NCBI GenBank assembly: GCA_050115495.1
Contig: JASFQK010000034.1
Span: 1-64,000, forward strand
DNA from: Phycisphaerae bacterium
Lineage (GTDB): Bacteria > Planctomycetota > Phycisphaerae > UBA1845 > Fen-1342
Length of the DNA stretch: 64,000 nt
Direction: 5' to 3'
The notes below the pieces were generated by a model. That model did not search any database and was not told the DNA's origin. It saw only the letters and a program-made list of their open reading frames with translations. A program made the translations under genes and the position numbers. Below are positions 8,988 through 20,400 of the stretch, one piece after another (the stretch's first letter is position 1; every line of letters starts with the position of its first letter).

Positions 8988-11900
8988 GTGTCGAGTTTCA
9001 CGTATTGCGGGCGGCGGCTTGCCGTGCGCGCATGTTGGGGCATTCTCTGCACTTTGCTGCTGATCGCCGTGCCGGCGACGGCGCAGGTAAACGCTGTATG
9101 GACGAATCCGACTGGTGGCGCCTGGGACAACGGGGCGAACTGGAGCACGAATCCGGCTTACCCCGATAACGGCGGTTCCACGACATACAACGCCACGATC
9201 GACCTGACCGGCAACGCCTACACGGTCAGCCTGGGTGTGCCGATCACGATCGAGAACTTCCTGCTGAACAGCTCGAGCGCCACGTTACAACACACCGCCG
9301 GCACGTTCACCGTGAACGGTACCGCGAACCTGTCGGCGGGGACCTACGTTCTGAACGGTGGCACGATCGCCGGCGGAACGTGGAACGTGGCCCCGGGGAC
9401 GTTTCAGTTCGCCAACAACAGCAACAATCGGTTTGACGGCGTGCGGTTCGTGGGCGACCTGGATCTGACCACGTCGTACGCCAAGCTGCACATCGCCGGC
9501 GGGCTGGACATGGAAGGCAACATCAACGTCACCGGGCACCGGGCAGCGCTGGCGTTTGAGGGTGAACAGACGCTTGATCACACGGTTGTGACGCTTGTGG
9601 GTGACGGCTCATACAGGAGCTCGTTCGGTGTCTTGGAAGGTGGCGTCCTCACGCTCGGTCCGGACCTTCTGCTCAACGGCGACGGCGCGCGTATCGAAGG
9701 ACCAGGCTCGGTAGTGAACCGGGGGACGATCAGCGCCAGCGTCGCCGGCCACATCCTGGAGATTTGCCCAACATCGTTCGTGAATGACGGCACGATTCAG
9801 GCGGTCAACGGCGGTCAGCTCAACATCGGCTACGTCGACAGGGCCTGGATCAACACCGCTTCCGGCAACATTACGGCCACCGGATCCACACTGACGCTGG
9901 GTGGCGACTGGGCCAACGCGGGAACGATCACCGCCGTCGATTCGACCGTGGTGCTGGGCGGTTCGTTCTCCACGGCTGACCTGGCGGGGTTCAGTCGCTC
10001 GGGCGGCACGGTGGACCTGGACGGCTCGCTGAACAACGAGGACGCCACGCTCGAGCTGAGCAGCACCAGCGGGCCGTGGTACATGGACATGGGCTACATC
10101 ACGTGCGGGACGATCAACGTCGCCGACCCGAGCTTCCTGGAGTTTGATGGGTCGAGCCACGCGACGTTCGACAACACGACGATCAACGGCGATCTCAGTC
10201 TTGAGGGGTATGTCGCGCTACAGAACGGCGCCGTGGTGAACGGGGATGTGGAGACGACACGGGGAACGCTCGCCCTCTATAGTGGCGCGGATATCAGCGG
10301 CTCGATTAGCGTCTCGGGAAGCCGGACCGAGCTACGATACGGGGACAGCCGTACCATCGACGGTAAGACGATCACGTTTGCCGGCGGTACGTATGACGTG
10401 GAAATGACTGGCTCGTCGGGCGTAGAGCTGACATTCGGGCCCGATCTGCTCATACATGGCGGAAACGCGGTCATCGGTGGGAACTACCCGGACGACCCGT
10501 TCGACGCGGTGAACTACGGCACGATCTCGGCGGATGTATCGGGGCAGGAGTTAACGCTGCGTCTGAACGCGTTCACGAACCACGGGTCGATGGAGGCCGT
10601 GAACGGGGGCATCCTGCGCGCGGGCTCGTACGGCATGCAGTGGGAGAATGCCGCTGACGGCAGGATCGACGTGGTGGACTCGAAGCTCGTGCTGGATGGC
10701 GCGTGGACGAACGCCGGCGTGATCAACGCCACGAACGCCACGGTTGTGCTCGGTGGCGAGTTCGCGACCGCCGACATCGGCAACTTCAACCGCACGGCCA
10801 GCACGGCGATCCTGGCCGGCGAACTGGACAACACCGGTAGCACGCTGACGCTCGATGAGAGCGACGGGGAATGGCAGCTTGGTGGGGGCACCATCACCGG
10901 CGGCACGATCGACATGGCCGGCGGCGACGGTGTGCTCGCCGTCACGAGCATCAGCACGAGCGGTTCACTTACGTACCTGGACAACGTAACCGTCAACGCC
11001 GACATCCTGATGGCGAACAGCACTTTCGATGACGTGTTGCACCTGCGTCCTTCGGCGACCATCAACGGCGAGATCACAGTGCTGCACGAGAATGAGCTCT
11101 ACGTCGACACGGGGCGCACGCTGGACAACACGACGATCCACTTGTCCGGCCCGAACAGCACGATGACCGCGACGCTCCGCGCCCGAGAGACCGGGCAACT
11201 GACTCTCGGCCCGAACCTGGAGGTCTACGGCGATTGCGGCTGCATCGCCACGTCCGGCTACACGGACGTTTCTATCCTTAACCAGGGGCTCATCGCGGCG
11301 GAGGGAGGCGGCACGATGTACATCTGCCAGAGCTTCACCAACGCCGGCACCGTCCGCGCCGACGAAGGTAGCCGCGTCTCCTTCGAGGGCTCGCCAACCA
11401 ACGCCGCCGGGGGCCAGATCGTTACTACCGGCGGCACCCTGATGTTCGCCGAGGGCTGGGATAATCTCGGAACGATCACGGCGAACCAGGGGGAAGTCTC
11501 CTTCGACCCATCCCATGACAACTACTCGCGCAATGCGGGGTTGATTGACGTGGCCGAATCCACCTTGCGGTTCAACGGTCACTGGATCAACGAGGGCACG
11601 ATCAACGCCCACGGATCGACCGTAGAGCTCGCTGGCTGGTTCAGCACGGATAGCCTCGATGATTTCAACGTGGACGATTGTGACGTCTACATCAAGGGGC
11701 ACCTGGATAACGCCAATAACACGTTCACGCTCGATGGCTCCACGGGTTCGTGGACCATGAGCAGCGGGGACATCATCGGCGGCACCATCGTCCAGGCCGA
11801 CGGCGCCCGTTTGTGTTTCGCTTCGGGCACCACCTCGTATCTCGATGGCGTCACGGTGCTTGGCGATCTCCATGCAACCGCCGCGGTCACCATCCGCACC

Positions 11901-12749
11901 GGCCTGGAGCTAAACGGCGATCTGTACGTCGGCGGGCAGGGGAGCCGCGTATCGTTCCCGCAAGGCTACACGTTGGACGACCTGACCGTGCACCTGGGCG
12001 CGGATTCGTTGCCCGGCGTGGCGACACTCAGTACCTTAGGGGCGTTCACGCTGGGCGAGGATCTCGTCGTGCGGGGCGGGGCGGGCCTCATACAGGGAGC
12101 CAATCTCGAGAACTACGGGCACGTCACCGCCGACGTGGCCGGCAAGGAAATCCAGCTCGCCGGGGACCTGGTGACCAACCACGGAGTGCTGACGGCCGTC
12201 AACGGCGGCGGCATCCGCATGAACAGCGGCCAGGCGACACCCTGGACAAACGCCGCGGACGGGATCATCACCGGCGACGGTGGCACGCTGTGCTTCATCG
12301 GCCCCGGGCTCAATCAGGGCGTCATCGCGGCGAACGACGGGGTCGATGTCTGGCAGGATCTCTTCAACGAGGGGACACTCGATGTCGGGGTCGGCAGCCT
12401 GTGGGCGTTCCACGGCACCTTTGCTCAGGCTCCGTGGGCCGAGATGCTACTGCACCTTGATGGCGGCTGCGGCCTGCTCGACGTGGACGGAAACGCCCAA
12501 CTCGGCGGCCTGCTGAGCGTCATTCTGGACCCGGGCTTCTCGCCGATGTATGGCGACACGTTCGAGTTCCTAACGGCCGGGGCGCGGCTGCGCACGTTTA
12601 GTGACGTGAGCCTGCCGGACCTGCCCGGCGTCCTCCGCTTTGAGATCGAATACGGGGCCACGAACGCCTTGCTGCGCGTGGTGCCCGAACCGTCCACGCT
12701 GCTCCTGCTCGGGGCGGCGGCCCTGACTCTGTTCCGGCGACGCGGGTGA
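8988..12749 (+). CDS. Large beta-helix / autotransporter-passenger-like PEP-CTERM surface protein
   Basis: Signal peptide, WTNPTGGAWDNGANWS, repeated F.N.GTI.A..GG and LTLGPDL units, C-terminal VVPEPSTLLLLGAAALTLFRRRG. Confidence 0.85.
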   Translation: MSSFTYCGRRLAVRACWGILCTLLLIAVPATAQVNAVWTNPTGGAWDNGANWSTNPAYPDNGGSTTYNATIDLTGNAYTVSLGVPITIENFLLNSSSATLQHTAGTFTVNGTANLSAGTYVLNGGTIAGGTWNVAPGTFQFANNSNNRFDGVRFVGDLDLTTSYAKLHIAGGLDMEGNINVTGHRAALAFEGEQTLDHTVVTLVGDGSYRSSFGVLEGGVLTLGPDLLLNGDGARIEGPGSVVNRGTISASVAGHILEICPTSFVNDGTIQAVNGGQLNIGYVDRAWINTASGNITATGSTLTLGGDWANAGTITAVDSTVVLGGSFSTADLAGFSRSGGTVDLDGSLNNEDATLELSSTSGPWYMDMGYITCGTINVADPSFLEFDGSSHATFDNTTINGDLSLEGYVALQNGAVVNGDVETTRGTLALYSGADISGSISVSGSRTELRYGDSRTIDGKTITFAGGTYDVEMTGSSGVELTFGPDLLIHGGNAVIGGNYPDDPFDAVNYGTISADVSGQELTLRLNAFTNHGSMEAVNGGILRAGSYGMQWENAADGRIDVVDSKLVLDGAWTNAGVINATNATVVLGGEFATADIGNFNRTASTAILAGELDNTGSTLTLDESDGEWQLGGGTITGGTIDMAGGDGVLAVTSISTSGSLTYLDNVTVNADILMANSTFDDVLHLRPSATINGEITVLHENELYVDTGRTLDNTTIHLSGPNSTMTATLRARETGQLTLGPNLEVYGDCGCIATSGYTDVSILNQGLIAAEGGGTMYICQSFTNAGTVRADEGSRVSFEGSPTNAAGGQIVTTGGTLMFAEGWDNLGTITANQGEVSFDPSHDNYSRNAGLIDVAESTLRFNGHWINEGTINAHGSTVELAGWFSTDSLDDFNVDDCDVYIKGHLDNANNTFTLDGSTGSWTMSSGDIIGGTIVQADGARLCFASGTTSYLDGVTVLGDLHATAAVTIRTGLELNGDLYVGGQGSRVSFPQGYTLDDLTVHLGADSLPGVATLSTLGAFTLGEDLVVRGGAGLIQGANLENYGHVTADVAGKEIQLAGDLVTNHGVLTAVNGGGIRMNSGQATPWTNAADGIITGDGGTLCFIGPGLNQGVIAANDGVDVWQDLFNEGTLDVGVGSLWAFHGTFAQAPWAEMLLHLDGGCGLLDVDGNAQLGGLLSVILDPGFSPMYGDTFEFLTAGARLRTFSDVSLPDLPGVLRFEIEYGATNALLRVVPEPSTLLLLGAAALTLFRRRG

Positions 12750-12853
12750 TGATCGCTCGCAACCCTGAAGTGGTCTGGCCTGTACACGAGAAGAGACCCC
12801 GCGGTGCGTGGCGAACGTTGTCTGACCGCGCGACCGCGAAATGGGAGGTGCCT

Positions 12854-15800
12854 ATGTTCGCGCGAGCTGCTTTCACGGCGGCGGTCCTGGCTGCACTGAT
12901 GGTGTCCAATGCGTCGGCGCTGACGTTCTACGTTAATGGCGCGTGTGGCAATGACGAGTGGAGTGGACTGAGCCCCGAGTGTGTCGCCCCGGACGGGCCG
13001 AAGGCCACCATTCAGGCCGCCATCGACGACGCCCTCAACTACGACACGATCATTGTCTACCCGGGCACGTACGTCGAGAACATCTCCATTCCGGGCCTGC
13101 AGATCGATCTGCGCAGCACCTCACCCGAAGACCCGCTCGTCGTGGCCGCCACCATCATCGACGGCGGCGGCAATGGAACGGTGGTCAGCTTCGCCGGTAG
13201 CGAGTGGGCATCCACCGTTCTCCGCGGCTTCACGATCACGAACGGCTCAGAGGGTGGCATTCACGGCAATGGTAACCACGCGACCATCAGCCATTGCGTC
13301 GTCTGCCGGAACAGCGATTTCCGTTCTTCCGGCGGCATCTACAAGTGCAACGGCGCCATCAGCGACTGCATCATCAGAGAGAACTTCACGGAGGGAGCCG
13401 GCACGCACGCCGGCGGCGGAGGGCTGGGGCTCTGTGATGGGACGATCAGCCATTGCCTGATCGCGTCCAACCGGTCTGATGGTTCACTGGGTGGTGGTGG
13501 TCTTCGCCTGTGCAACGGGACCATCTCGCACTGCCGGATCATCGGCAACTGGGCGAACGAGGACGGCGGAGGATTGGCAAGCTGCAACGGGACCATCGAG
13601 TCCTGCGAAATCAGTGATAACATAGGCGGAAGCGGGGGGCTGGCGTTCTGCAACGGAACAGTGCGCAATTGTGTCATCGCGCGCAACACTTATATCGGTG
13701 TTTCGTATTGCAGTGCGGCCTTTGTCCACTGCACGATCGTCCGTAACTGGGGCTCCGGAGTTGTCCATGGGAGCGGCACGTTCACCAATTGCATACTCGC
13801 GTGCAACTACCCGTACTCCGTGGATGCCGACTGCGACGGCCCGCCAATCGAACTCATCCACTGCTGCGTGGAAAGGGGGCCGGACGGCACTCACAATGAC
13901 GTTACCTGGGGACCGGGCAACATATGCGACCGCGTCCGCTTCGTCTTCGATGACGACTTCCATCTGTTGCCCGATTCACCCGGCGTCGACCAGGGCATGG
14001 CGGCAGGAGTGGACACCGACGCAGATGGTCACCCGCGTCCGCTCGGCGACGCACCGGACATGGGAGCCTACGAGTTTGTTCCGGACGGGCCGACCACCGC
14101 TCTGTCGCCCGTAGCGATGACGCTGCGCGGCACACTGGGCGCGGCGACGTCCGATGTCGCAGAACTGAAGCTGGCCAACTGCGGCGCCGGCGTGCTGAAC
14201 TGGACGCTGTCGGCCGACGTCGATTGGCTGGTGTTCGATCCCCCGGCAGGCTCGACCACGGAAGAGACCGACGAGGTGACCGTGTGGGCGGATCTGGCGG
14301 ATCTACCACTCGGCATCTACGAGGCAATGATCACCATCGCCGACCCGGCGCTGCCGGGCTTCGAGCGTCAGGTGCCGCTGCAACTTGCGGTCGGCCTGCA
14401 CTACACGGTCGCCACCGACGGCAGTGGCGACTACACCGTCATTCAGAACGCCATCGACGCCGCCGCTCCGGGAACGGTCATCGAGATCCTGCCCGGCACG
14501 TACGTCGAGAACATCGAGATCGGCGGCAAGTGGATTGAGCTGCGCGGCAGCGCCCCGCTCGACCTGGCCGTCGTGGCCGACACAATCATCGATGGTGGGG
14601 CGAACGGCATCGTCGTGGAGTTCAGCGGTTCGGAAGGTCCGCAGACGCGGCTGAGTGGTCTGACGATTACCAACGGTTCATGGGTCGTCAACGGCAACGG
14701 TGCGATTGACATCGGCTACATGTACTCGTGGGAGCATCCTCGGGCGACGATCGAGTATTGCCGATTGGTGGCCAACGACTGCATGGCCATTGCCCATGTC
14801 GACGGAGCTATTCGGTACTGCACGCTGATCGGGAACGCGGGCCGCAACGACTACGGTGTCGTCGAACGCTGCCACGGGTCAATCCGCCACTGCGTGTTCC
14901 GGGAGAACCGAGCCCACAGGGGTGCCGCCATCACCTCCAGCTACTGCGTTGTCGAAGACTGCCTCATGCTTGGCAATCAAGTGGGCGGTCACGGTGGTGC
15001 ATTTTACCATTGCTACGGCTACGTCGCCGACTGCGTGTTCGCCGGCAATGTCGCCGTGGCGTCTGGTTCGTCCAGGGCGTACGGGGGCGCCGTGTATGGC
15101 GGCGGCGGTTTCCTGGAGAACTGCGTCTTCGTCGGCAATACCACCGATGGCACTGGCGGCGGTGTTGCAGGCTGGTGCGGTGTCGTTCGCGACTGCACGA
15201 TCTGTGGCAACTCAGCCCAACGCGGGGGTGGGCTGTCCGGGAGTACGACAGAGGCCGTCAATTGCCTGATCACGGGGAACACCGCCGAGGTCGGTGGCGC
15301 CGGCGTGTACAACTGCGGCACCATGACCCACTGCACCATCGCCGACAATGAGCCCGGCGGCGTGCTGCAAGAGGGGGCATACTCGACCACGGCATCGGGC
15401 GTGATGACCAACTGCATCGTCTGGGACAACGGGCCGCAGGCACTTCACGTAGGCAGCGACGCTACGCTGGCCGTGGACCACTGCTGCGTCGAGGGCGGGC
15501 AAGAGGCGGTCGAAGTGGCGGAGGGCAGCGAGTTGTTGTGGGGGGACGGCAACATCGATATCGATCCGGAGTTCTATCTCCCCGGCGCGTGGCAGCTCAG
15601 CCTGGGATCGGTCTGCGTCGATCTCGGTACGGACGCCAGGGTCACCGCCGACCTGGAGGCTGTTCCGCGGCCGCTCGCCGACGGCTATGACCTCGGTGCA
15701 TATGAGCAGGACGTGACGCAGCCGCGGGCGGCGATCGCCCCGAGTGGACTGTCACTTCGGGCCGCAGAGGGCCTGGCGCGTCCGCGGCCGCAGGAACTGC

Positions 15801-17404
15801 GCATTGCCAACAGCAGCACGGGCACGCTGGACTGGTCGGTCAGCACGGACGCCACGTGGCTCAGCCTCGATCCACCCGCCGGACAGAGCACCGGCGAGAC
15901 GGATACGGTTACGCTGACGATCGACAGCAGCGAACTGCCGGTCGGTCACTATGTGGCCCGTATCGACGTGGCGACGCCCGGAGCCGCCTGCCCGCTGAAG
16001 CAGATACCAGTGGCGCTGGTCGTCCACCCGGTGCTGTACGTCTGCCCCGACGGCAGTGGCGACTACCTGACGATACAGGAGGCGATCGACGCTGCGGCCA
16101 CCGGCGACATGATCGTTGCCTGCCCGGGGCTGTACCGCGAGAACATCTACTTCGATGCCAAGGACGTGGTGGTGCGCAGCATTGACCCCGAGGATCCGGC
16201 GGTGGTCGGGGCCACCATCATCGACGGCGGCGGTACCGCAGCCGCCGTGACCTTCTATGGCACCGAGACCGACGACGCCGAACTGAGCGGTTTCACGATC
16301 ACCAACGGCGGCGGCAGCTACGGCGCCGGTATCCGCGGCCGCAACACGACGTCGGACTACTACACGGAGGCCACCATCAGTCACTGCGTCATCGTTCGGA
16401 ATGCGACGGTCAGCAACGGCCAGGGCGGCGGGCTGTATCGCTGCAGCGGCCTGATCCATGACTGCCTGATCCAGGATAACACCGCCTTGTACGGCGGCGG
16501 GCTCTGCTACTGCAACGGCCGCATCGTGGACTGCACGATCAGAGGCAATGTCACGACCGGGCAGGGAGCCGGGTTGTTCCGGTGCGACGCGCTGATCGAA
16601 CGCTCGCACGTTGTGGCCAACAGGTCGAGCTCGCAGGGTGGTGGCCTCTACTACTGCACCGGTCAATTGACCGACTGCCTCATCGCGGGCAACGTGGCTA
16701 CCAGCGGCGCCGGCCTCTACAACCAGGGCGGGAGCCTGATCAACTGTGATATCCTCGGTAACCGCCCGAATGCGCTGCGTGTCTACAACAGCACGCTGGC
16801 GATGCAAGGCTGCATCGTTCGCCAGAATACCTCGACGCAGATCAGCGTGGGTTCTGCGGGGCAGTTGACGGTCTCCTATAGCAACATCGAAGGCGGCTGG
16901 ATCGGCGAAGGCAACATCGACGCCGACCCGCTGTTCGTTCGCCCCGGTTACTGGGATGACGCCGGCACACCCGGCGATCCTGCGGACGACGTCTGGGTCG
17001 ACGGCGACGACCACCTCCTGGAGTTCTCTCCGTGTGTGAACGCCGGCGCTCCCGACTACGATCCCGGAGCGCAGGCCACCGACCTCGACGGGAACCCGCG
17101 CGTGCAGTACTGCCGCGTCGACATGGGCCCCTACGAGTCCGCCTACTTCTTCGACTGCAACGAGACGGGCGTGTCGGACGCCTGTGAAACCACCGGGCCG
17201 GGGGACTTCACCGCGGACGGTTTCCTCGGCTTCGGCGACGTCGCGGCGCTGCTCACCACGCTCGGCGGTCCGGACGTCGTACCCGAGCCGGCGATGCCCC
17301 CGTGCCTGCCGCTGTACCTGAGCACGTGCGACCTGGACGCGGATGGAGATCTGGACCTCGCCGACGTTGCCGCCTTCCAGACGCTCTTCGGCGGTAACCG
17401 GTAG
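12854..17404 (+). CDS. Secreted protein with three Cys-rich right-handed beta-helix modules, BACON-like linkers and a dockerin-like C-terminus
   Basis: Three TIQ.AID.A..G..I...PG.Y.ENI modules; two LNWT/LDWS..WL..DPPAG.ST.ETD linkers; DMGAYE-type motifs; C-terminal DLDADGDLDLADVAAFQ. Confidence 0.8.
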   Translation: MFARAAFTAAVLAALMVSNASALTFYVNGACGNDEWSGLSPECVAPDGPKATIQAAIDDALNYDTIIVYPGTYVENISIPGLQIDLRSTSPEDPLVVAATIIDGGGNGTVVSFAGSEWASTVLRGFTITNGSEGGIHGNGNHATISHCVVCRNSDFRSSGGIYKCNGAISDCIIRENFTEGAGTHAGGGGLGLCDGTISHCLIASNRSDGSLGGGGLRLCNGTISHCRIIGNWANEDGGGLASCNGTIESCEISDNIGGSGGLAFCNGTVRNCVIARNTYIGVSYCSAAFVHCTIVRNWGSGVVHGSGTFTNCILACNYPYSVDADCDGPPIELIHCCVERGPDGTHNDVTWGPGNICDRVRFVFDDDFHLLPDSPGVDQGMAAGVDTDADGHPRPLGDAPDMGAYEFVPDGPTTALSPVAMTLRGTLGAATSDVAELKLANCGAGVLNWTLSADVDWLVFDPPAGSTTEETDEVTVWADLADLPLGIYEAMITIADPALPGFERQVPLQLAVGLHYTVATDGSGDYTVIQNAIDAAAPGTVIEILPGTYVENIEIGGKWIELRGSAPLDLAVVADTIIDGGANGIVVEFSGSEGPQTRLSGLTITNGSWVVNGNGAIDIGYMYSWEHPRATIEYCRLVANDCMAIAHVDGAIRYCTLIGNAGRNDYGVVERCHGSIRHCVFRENRAHRGAAITSSYCVVEDCLMLGNQVGGHGGAFYHCYGYVADCVFAGNVAVASGSSRAYGGAVYGGGGFLENCVFVGNTTDGTGGGVAGWCGVVRDCTICGNSAQRGGGLSGSTTEAVNCLITGNTAEVGGAGVYNCGTMTHCTIADNEPGGVLQEGAYSTTASGVMTNCIVWDNGPQALHVGSDATLAVDHCCVEGGQEAVEVAEGSELLWGDGNIDIDPEFYLPGAWQLSLGSVCVDLGTDARVTADLEAVPRPLADGYDLGAYEQDVTQPRAAIAPSGLSLRAAEGLARPRPQELRIANSSTGTLDWSVSTDATWLSLDPPAGQSTGETDTVTLTIDSSELPVGHYVARIDVATPGAACPLKQIPVALVVHPVLYVCPDGSGDYLTIQEAIDAAATGDMIVACPGLYRENIYFDAKDVVVRSIDPEDPAVVGATIIDGGGTAAAVTFYGTETDDAELSGFTITNGGGSYGAGIRGRNTTSDYYTEATISHCVIVRNATVSNGQGGGLYRCSGLIHDCLIQDNTALYGGGLCYCNGRIVDCTIRGNVTTGQGAGLFRCDALIERSHVVANRSSSQGGGLYYCTGQLTDCLIAGNVATSGAGLYNQGGSLINCDILGNRPNALRVYNSTLAMQGCIVRQNTSTQISVGSAGQLTVSYSNIEGGWIGEGNIDADPLFVRPGYWDDAGTPGDPADDVWVDGDDHLLEFSPCVNAGAPDYDPGAQATDLDGNPRVQYCRVDMGPYESAYFFDCNETGVSDACETTGPGDFTADGFLGFGDVAALLTTLGGPDVVPEPAMPPCLPLYLSTCDLDADGDLDLADVAAFQTLFGGNR

Positions 17405-17442
17405 AGAGACGTGCGTTTCAGATTGGTGGGGGGCAGACGGAC

Positions 17443-17483
17443 GGCGGGGCCGCGGCAACGTAGCGGCCCCGCCGCCATCTTTT
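17443..17483. terminator. Putative intrinsic terminator between convergent genes
   Basis: GGCGGGGCCGC...GCGGCCCCGCC hairpin followed by ATCTTTT. Confidence 0.6.
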
Positions 17484-17487
17484 CGGT

Positions 17488-20400
17488 CTAACGACGGACG
17501 CGGCGTTTCAGGCCCATGATGCCCAGCACGCAGAAGGGCAGCACGCCGAGCAGGCCGCCGCCGCACGCGCCGCGGGCCGGTTGATTGGCCACACCCGTCA
17601 GCGTGTCGTCGTCGGACAGATCGCGCTGGCTCTGGTCTTCCTGATTGTTTTCTTCCTCGATGATCGGCTCGTAGGGCGGCGTGTACTCGTTGACGTCCTC
17701 GACCTCCGGGTCGCAGGTGTCGCCGATGCCGTCGTTGTCGGCGTCGATCTGATCGGGGTTCCAGATGAACTTGCAGTTGTCGCAGGCGTCGCCGGCGCCG
17801 TCATTGTCCGTGTCGGCCTGGTTGGCGTTGGGGACGAACGGACAGTTGTCGGCGCAGTTCGGGATACCGTCGCCGTCCGTGTCGGCGTCGCTCGCGCCGC
17901 AGCCGCACCAGCCGGGATCGACCTTGTCCGGATCGTCGGGGCAGCCGTCGACGCAGTCGGGCGTGCCGTCGCCGTCGGAATCGATGTCGGACAGGTCACA
18001 GCCACAGATGCCCGGCTCCGTGCGGTTGGCGTTGTGCGGGCAGCCGTCGATGCAGTCCGGGACGCCGTCGCCGTCGGAGTCGATGTCGGGTACCCCGCAG
18101 CCGCAGTCGCCAGGGACGGTTTTGGCCTTGTCGTACGGGCAGCCGTCGATCGTGTTGGGCACACCGTCGCCGTCGATGTCGTTGTCGCAAATGTCGCCGA
18201 TGCCGTCGGTGTCCAGGTCGGCTTGATCAGCGTTGGACAGCGCGGGGCAGTTGTCGCAGGCGTCGCCGGCCCCGTCGCCGTCGAAGTCGTCCTGCATCGG
18301 GTTGTATTCATCGGGGCAGTTGTCGGCGTCGTCGGCGATCCCGTCGTCATCGACGTCGATGAAGACCTCGTTGACGAAGATGATCGCGGTGGCCGAGCCG
18401 CTGACCCCGGAGACCGGGTTGGTCACTTCGAGCGTGACGGTGACCCCTTCCGGGAAGGGCGTGGTGTAGACGTGCTCGAACTCGGCGGTATCGGCGGTGG
18501 TGCCGTCGCCGAAGTCCCAGTGGTAGACGAGCGCGGGGTTCGACTCACCGTTCTCATCGAGCGAGCCGGAGCCGTCGAACTGAACGCGGAGCGGCACGCG
18601 GAAGAAGGGATTGGTGTCCTGATCCGGGTAGGAGACGCTGATCAGGGCCAGCACCCGCGGCACGAGCTGCCCGTTGTGGATCTCGATCGGGACGCTGTAG
18701 GCGGTCTGGCCCGTGGTGAGGAACTGGAAGCGATCGGCGTCGCGGTCTCCACCGCCGTGCGAGAAAGCGTGCACCCGGTAGCTCACGCCGCCGGCGCCGG
18801 CCGAGTTGCCGGGATCGCTGGCGAGGCGGAGTACGGTGGGCGACGGGACCTCGGTGATCGTGTAGAAGCCCGGCCTCACACCCGGGCCGTCGATCAGGCG
18901 AACGCGATCGCCGGGGCCGAAGTCCGTGGCCACGAACTGAGCGGACGGATCGATCAGCGTGTACAGGCCGTCCGCGTTGTTGACGTTGGCGCCCGGGCCG
19001 CCCTGGCTGATGTAGTCGGCCACGATCGTGAACGTGACTTCACCGTCCTTGGCGGCGGTGTACGGCACACCGGTGATGGCGTCCGGGTGCTGTCCGGACA
19101 GCGAGCCCTGGACCTGCCAGCGTTCAGCGCCGGCGATGGTGTGGTCGATGCAGGTGAGGGTCCAGTTCTCCAGTTTGGCCGTGTCGGGGTCCACGACGAT
19201 GTCGGCGATGTGGCCGCGGCCGCGGTTGGTGGCGTCGGCCCGCGGGGTGGAATAGGCGGGTTCGACGTGACCGTCCTGGCCGACGCCGGGCACGAGGCGG
19301 GCGTAGAAATAGTACAACCCGTCGCCGGGCAGATTGCTGAGCGGGAAGGCGTACGTGCCTTCGATGTCGCCGGGATTGCCCTTGATCACGGGGCCCGGCG
19401 GAGTGATGAGCGTGCCGTCGTAGCCGCCGCTGTCGCGATCGTAGAAGAACTGAAGCTCCGTGCCGCCGTAGAGGTCGAAGGCTTCGTAATGCAGGATGAG
19501 GTTGTTGTAGAGGATGTTGCTGGCGGGCGGGCGATCGAAGGTGAGCGTGGGCACCAGCCGTGGCTTCCAGAGGAGCGTCACGACCGACCGGTCGGCCAGC
19601 TCGACGATGTTGGTGATTTCGAGACCGCTACGGGTCTGGCCGTACCAGCGTGAGCTGGGGTCGGTCTCGTGGTTCCAGATGGTGGTGCCGGACGTGCCGG
19701 GGAACGGATCGCCGTCGTCGCCGTCGTTCTCGCCGTTGTCGAGCTGCTGGAGACCGTCGGCCTGTACGATGGCATAGGCGAAGTGCGTGCCGACGCGCTG
19801 CTGGAGGGGGAACGACTCGAAGTTGCCGGCGAAGCCGGCGAAGTTCTGGCCGAAGTCGGTATGCATCACCATCATGCCGTCGCCCGGCAAAACGCGTGAG
19901 AAGTTGACTTCGTGCGGGTCGGTGGGGACGACACGGGTGAGGCGCCACAGGTAGAAGCGTTCACCGGCGTTGTTGAAGTTATCGAAGTAGAAGACGGAGC
20001 CGGTGGGGTGGAAGGCGTAGTCGGGGAGGACGACCTCCTTTTCGACGGAGGGTGTGAGCACGTTGCGCAGATTGGTGGTTTCGAGCCACGGGGCGTGGTC
20101 GGTCCCGAACAGGGCGATACCGGTGCCGAACTCCTTGAGGAACGGCGCGGGATGCACGAAGGCGCCAGACATGATGTCCCACATGCCGACCGGCTTGTTC
20201 TCGAAGCCGCCAATGTAGACGTCGTAGTCGTAGAGGTCGGGATAGCCCTCCCAGACGTGGAGCCATTCGTGGGCCATGACATTCTTCTGGAAACCACCGT
20301 CCGACTGGCCGGACTCGCCGGTGCTCCCCAGCGCGGTCACGAAATCAGAGAAGAAGATCGGCGAGAGCGGGTTTGCCGGGTCTTCCTGGATCTGGATCGG

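Noticed and set aside
17700..18360. Periodic GCCGTCG/GCAG repeats as a CRISPR array
   Set aside because: They are the coding thrombospondin type-3 repeats of the minus-strand protease; no constant repeat-spacer pattern and no cas genes.
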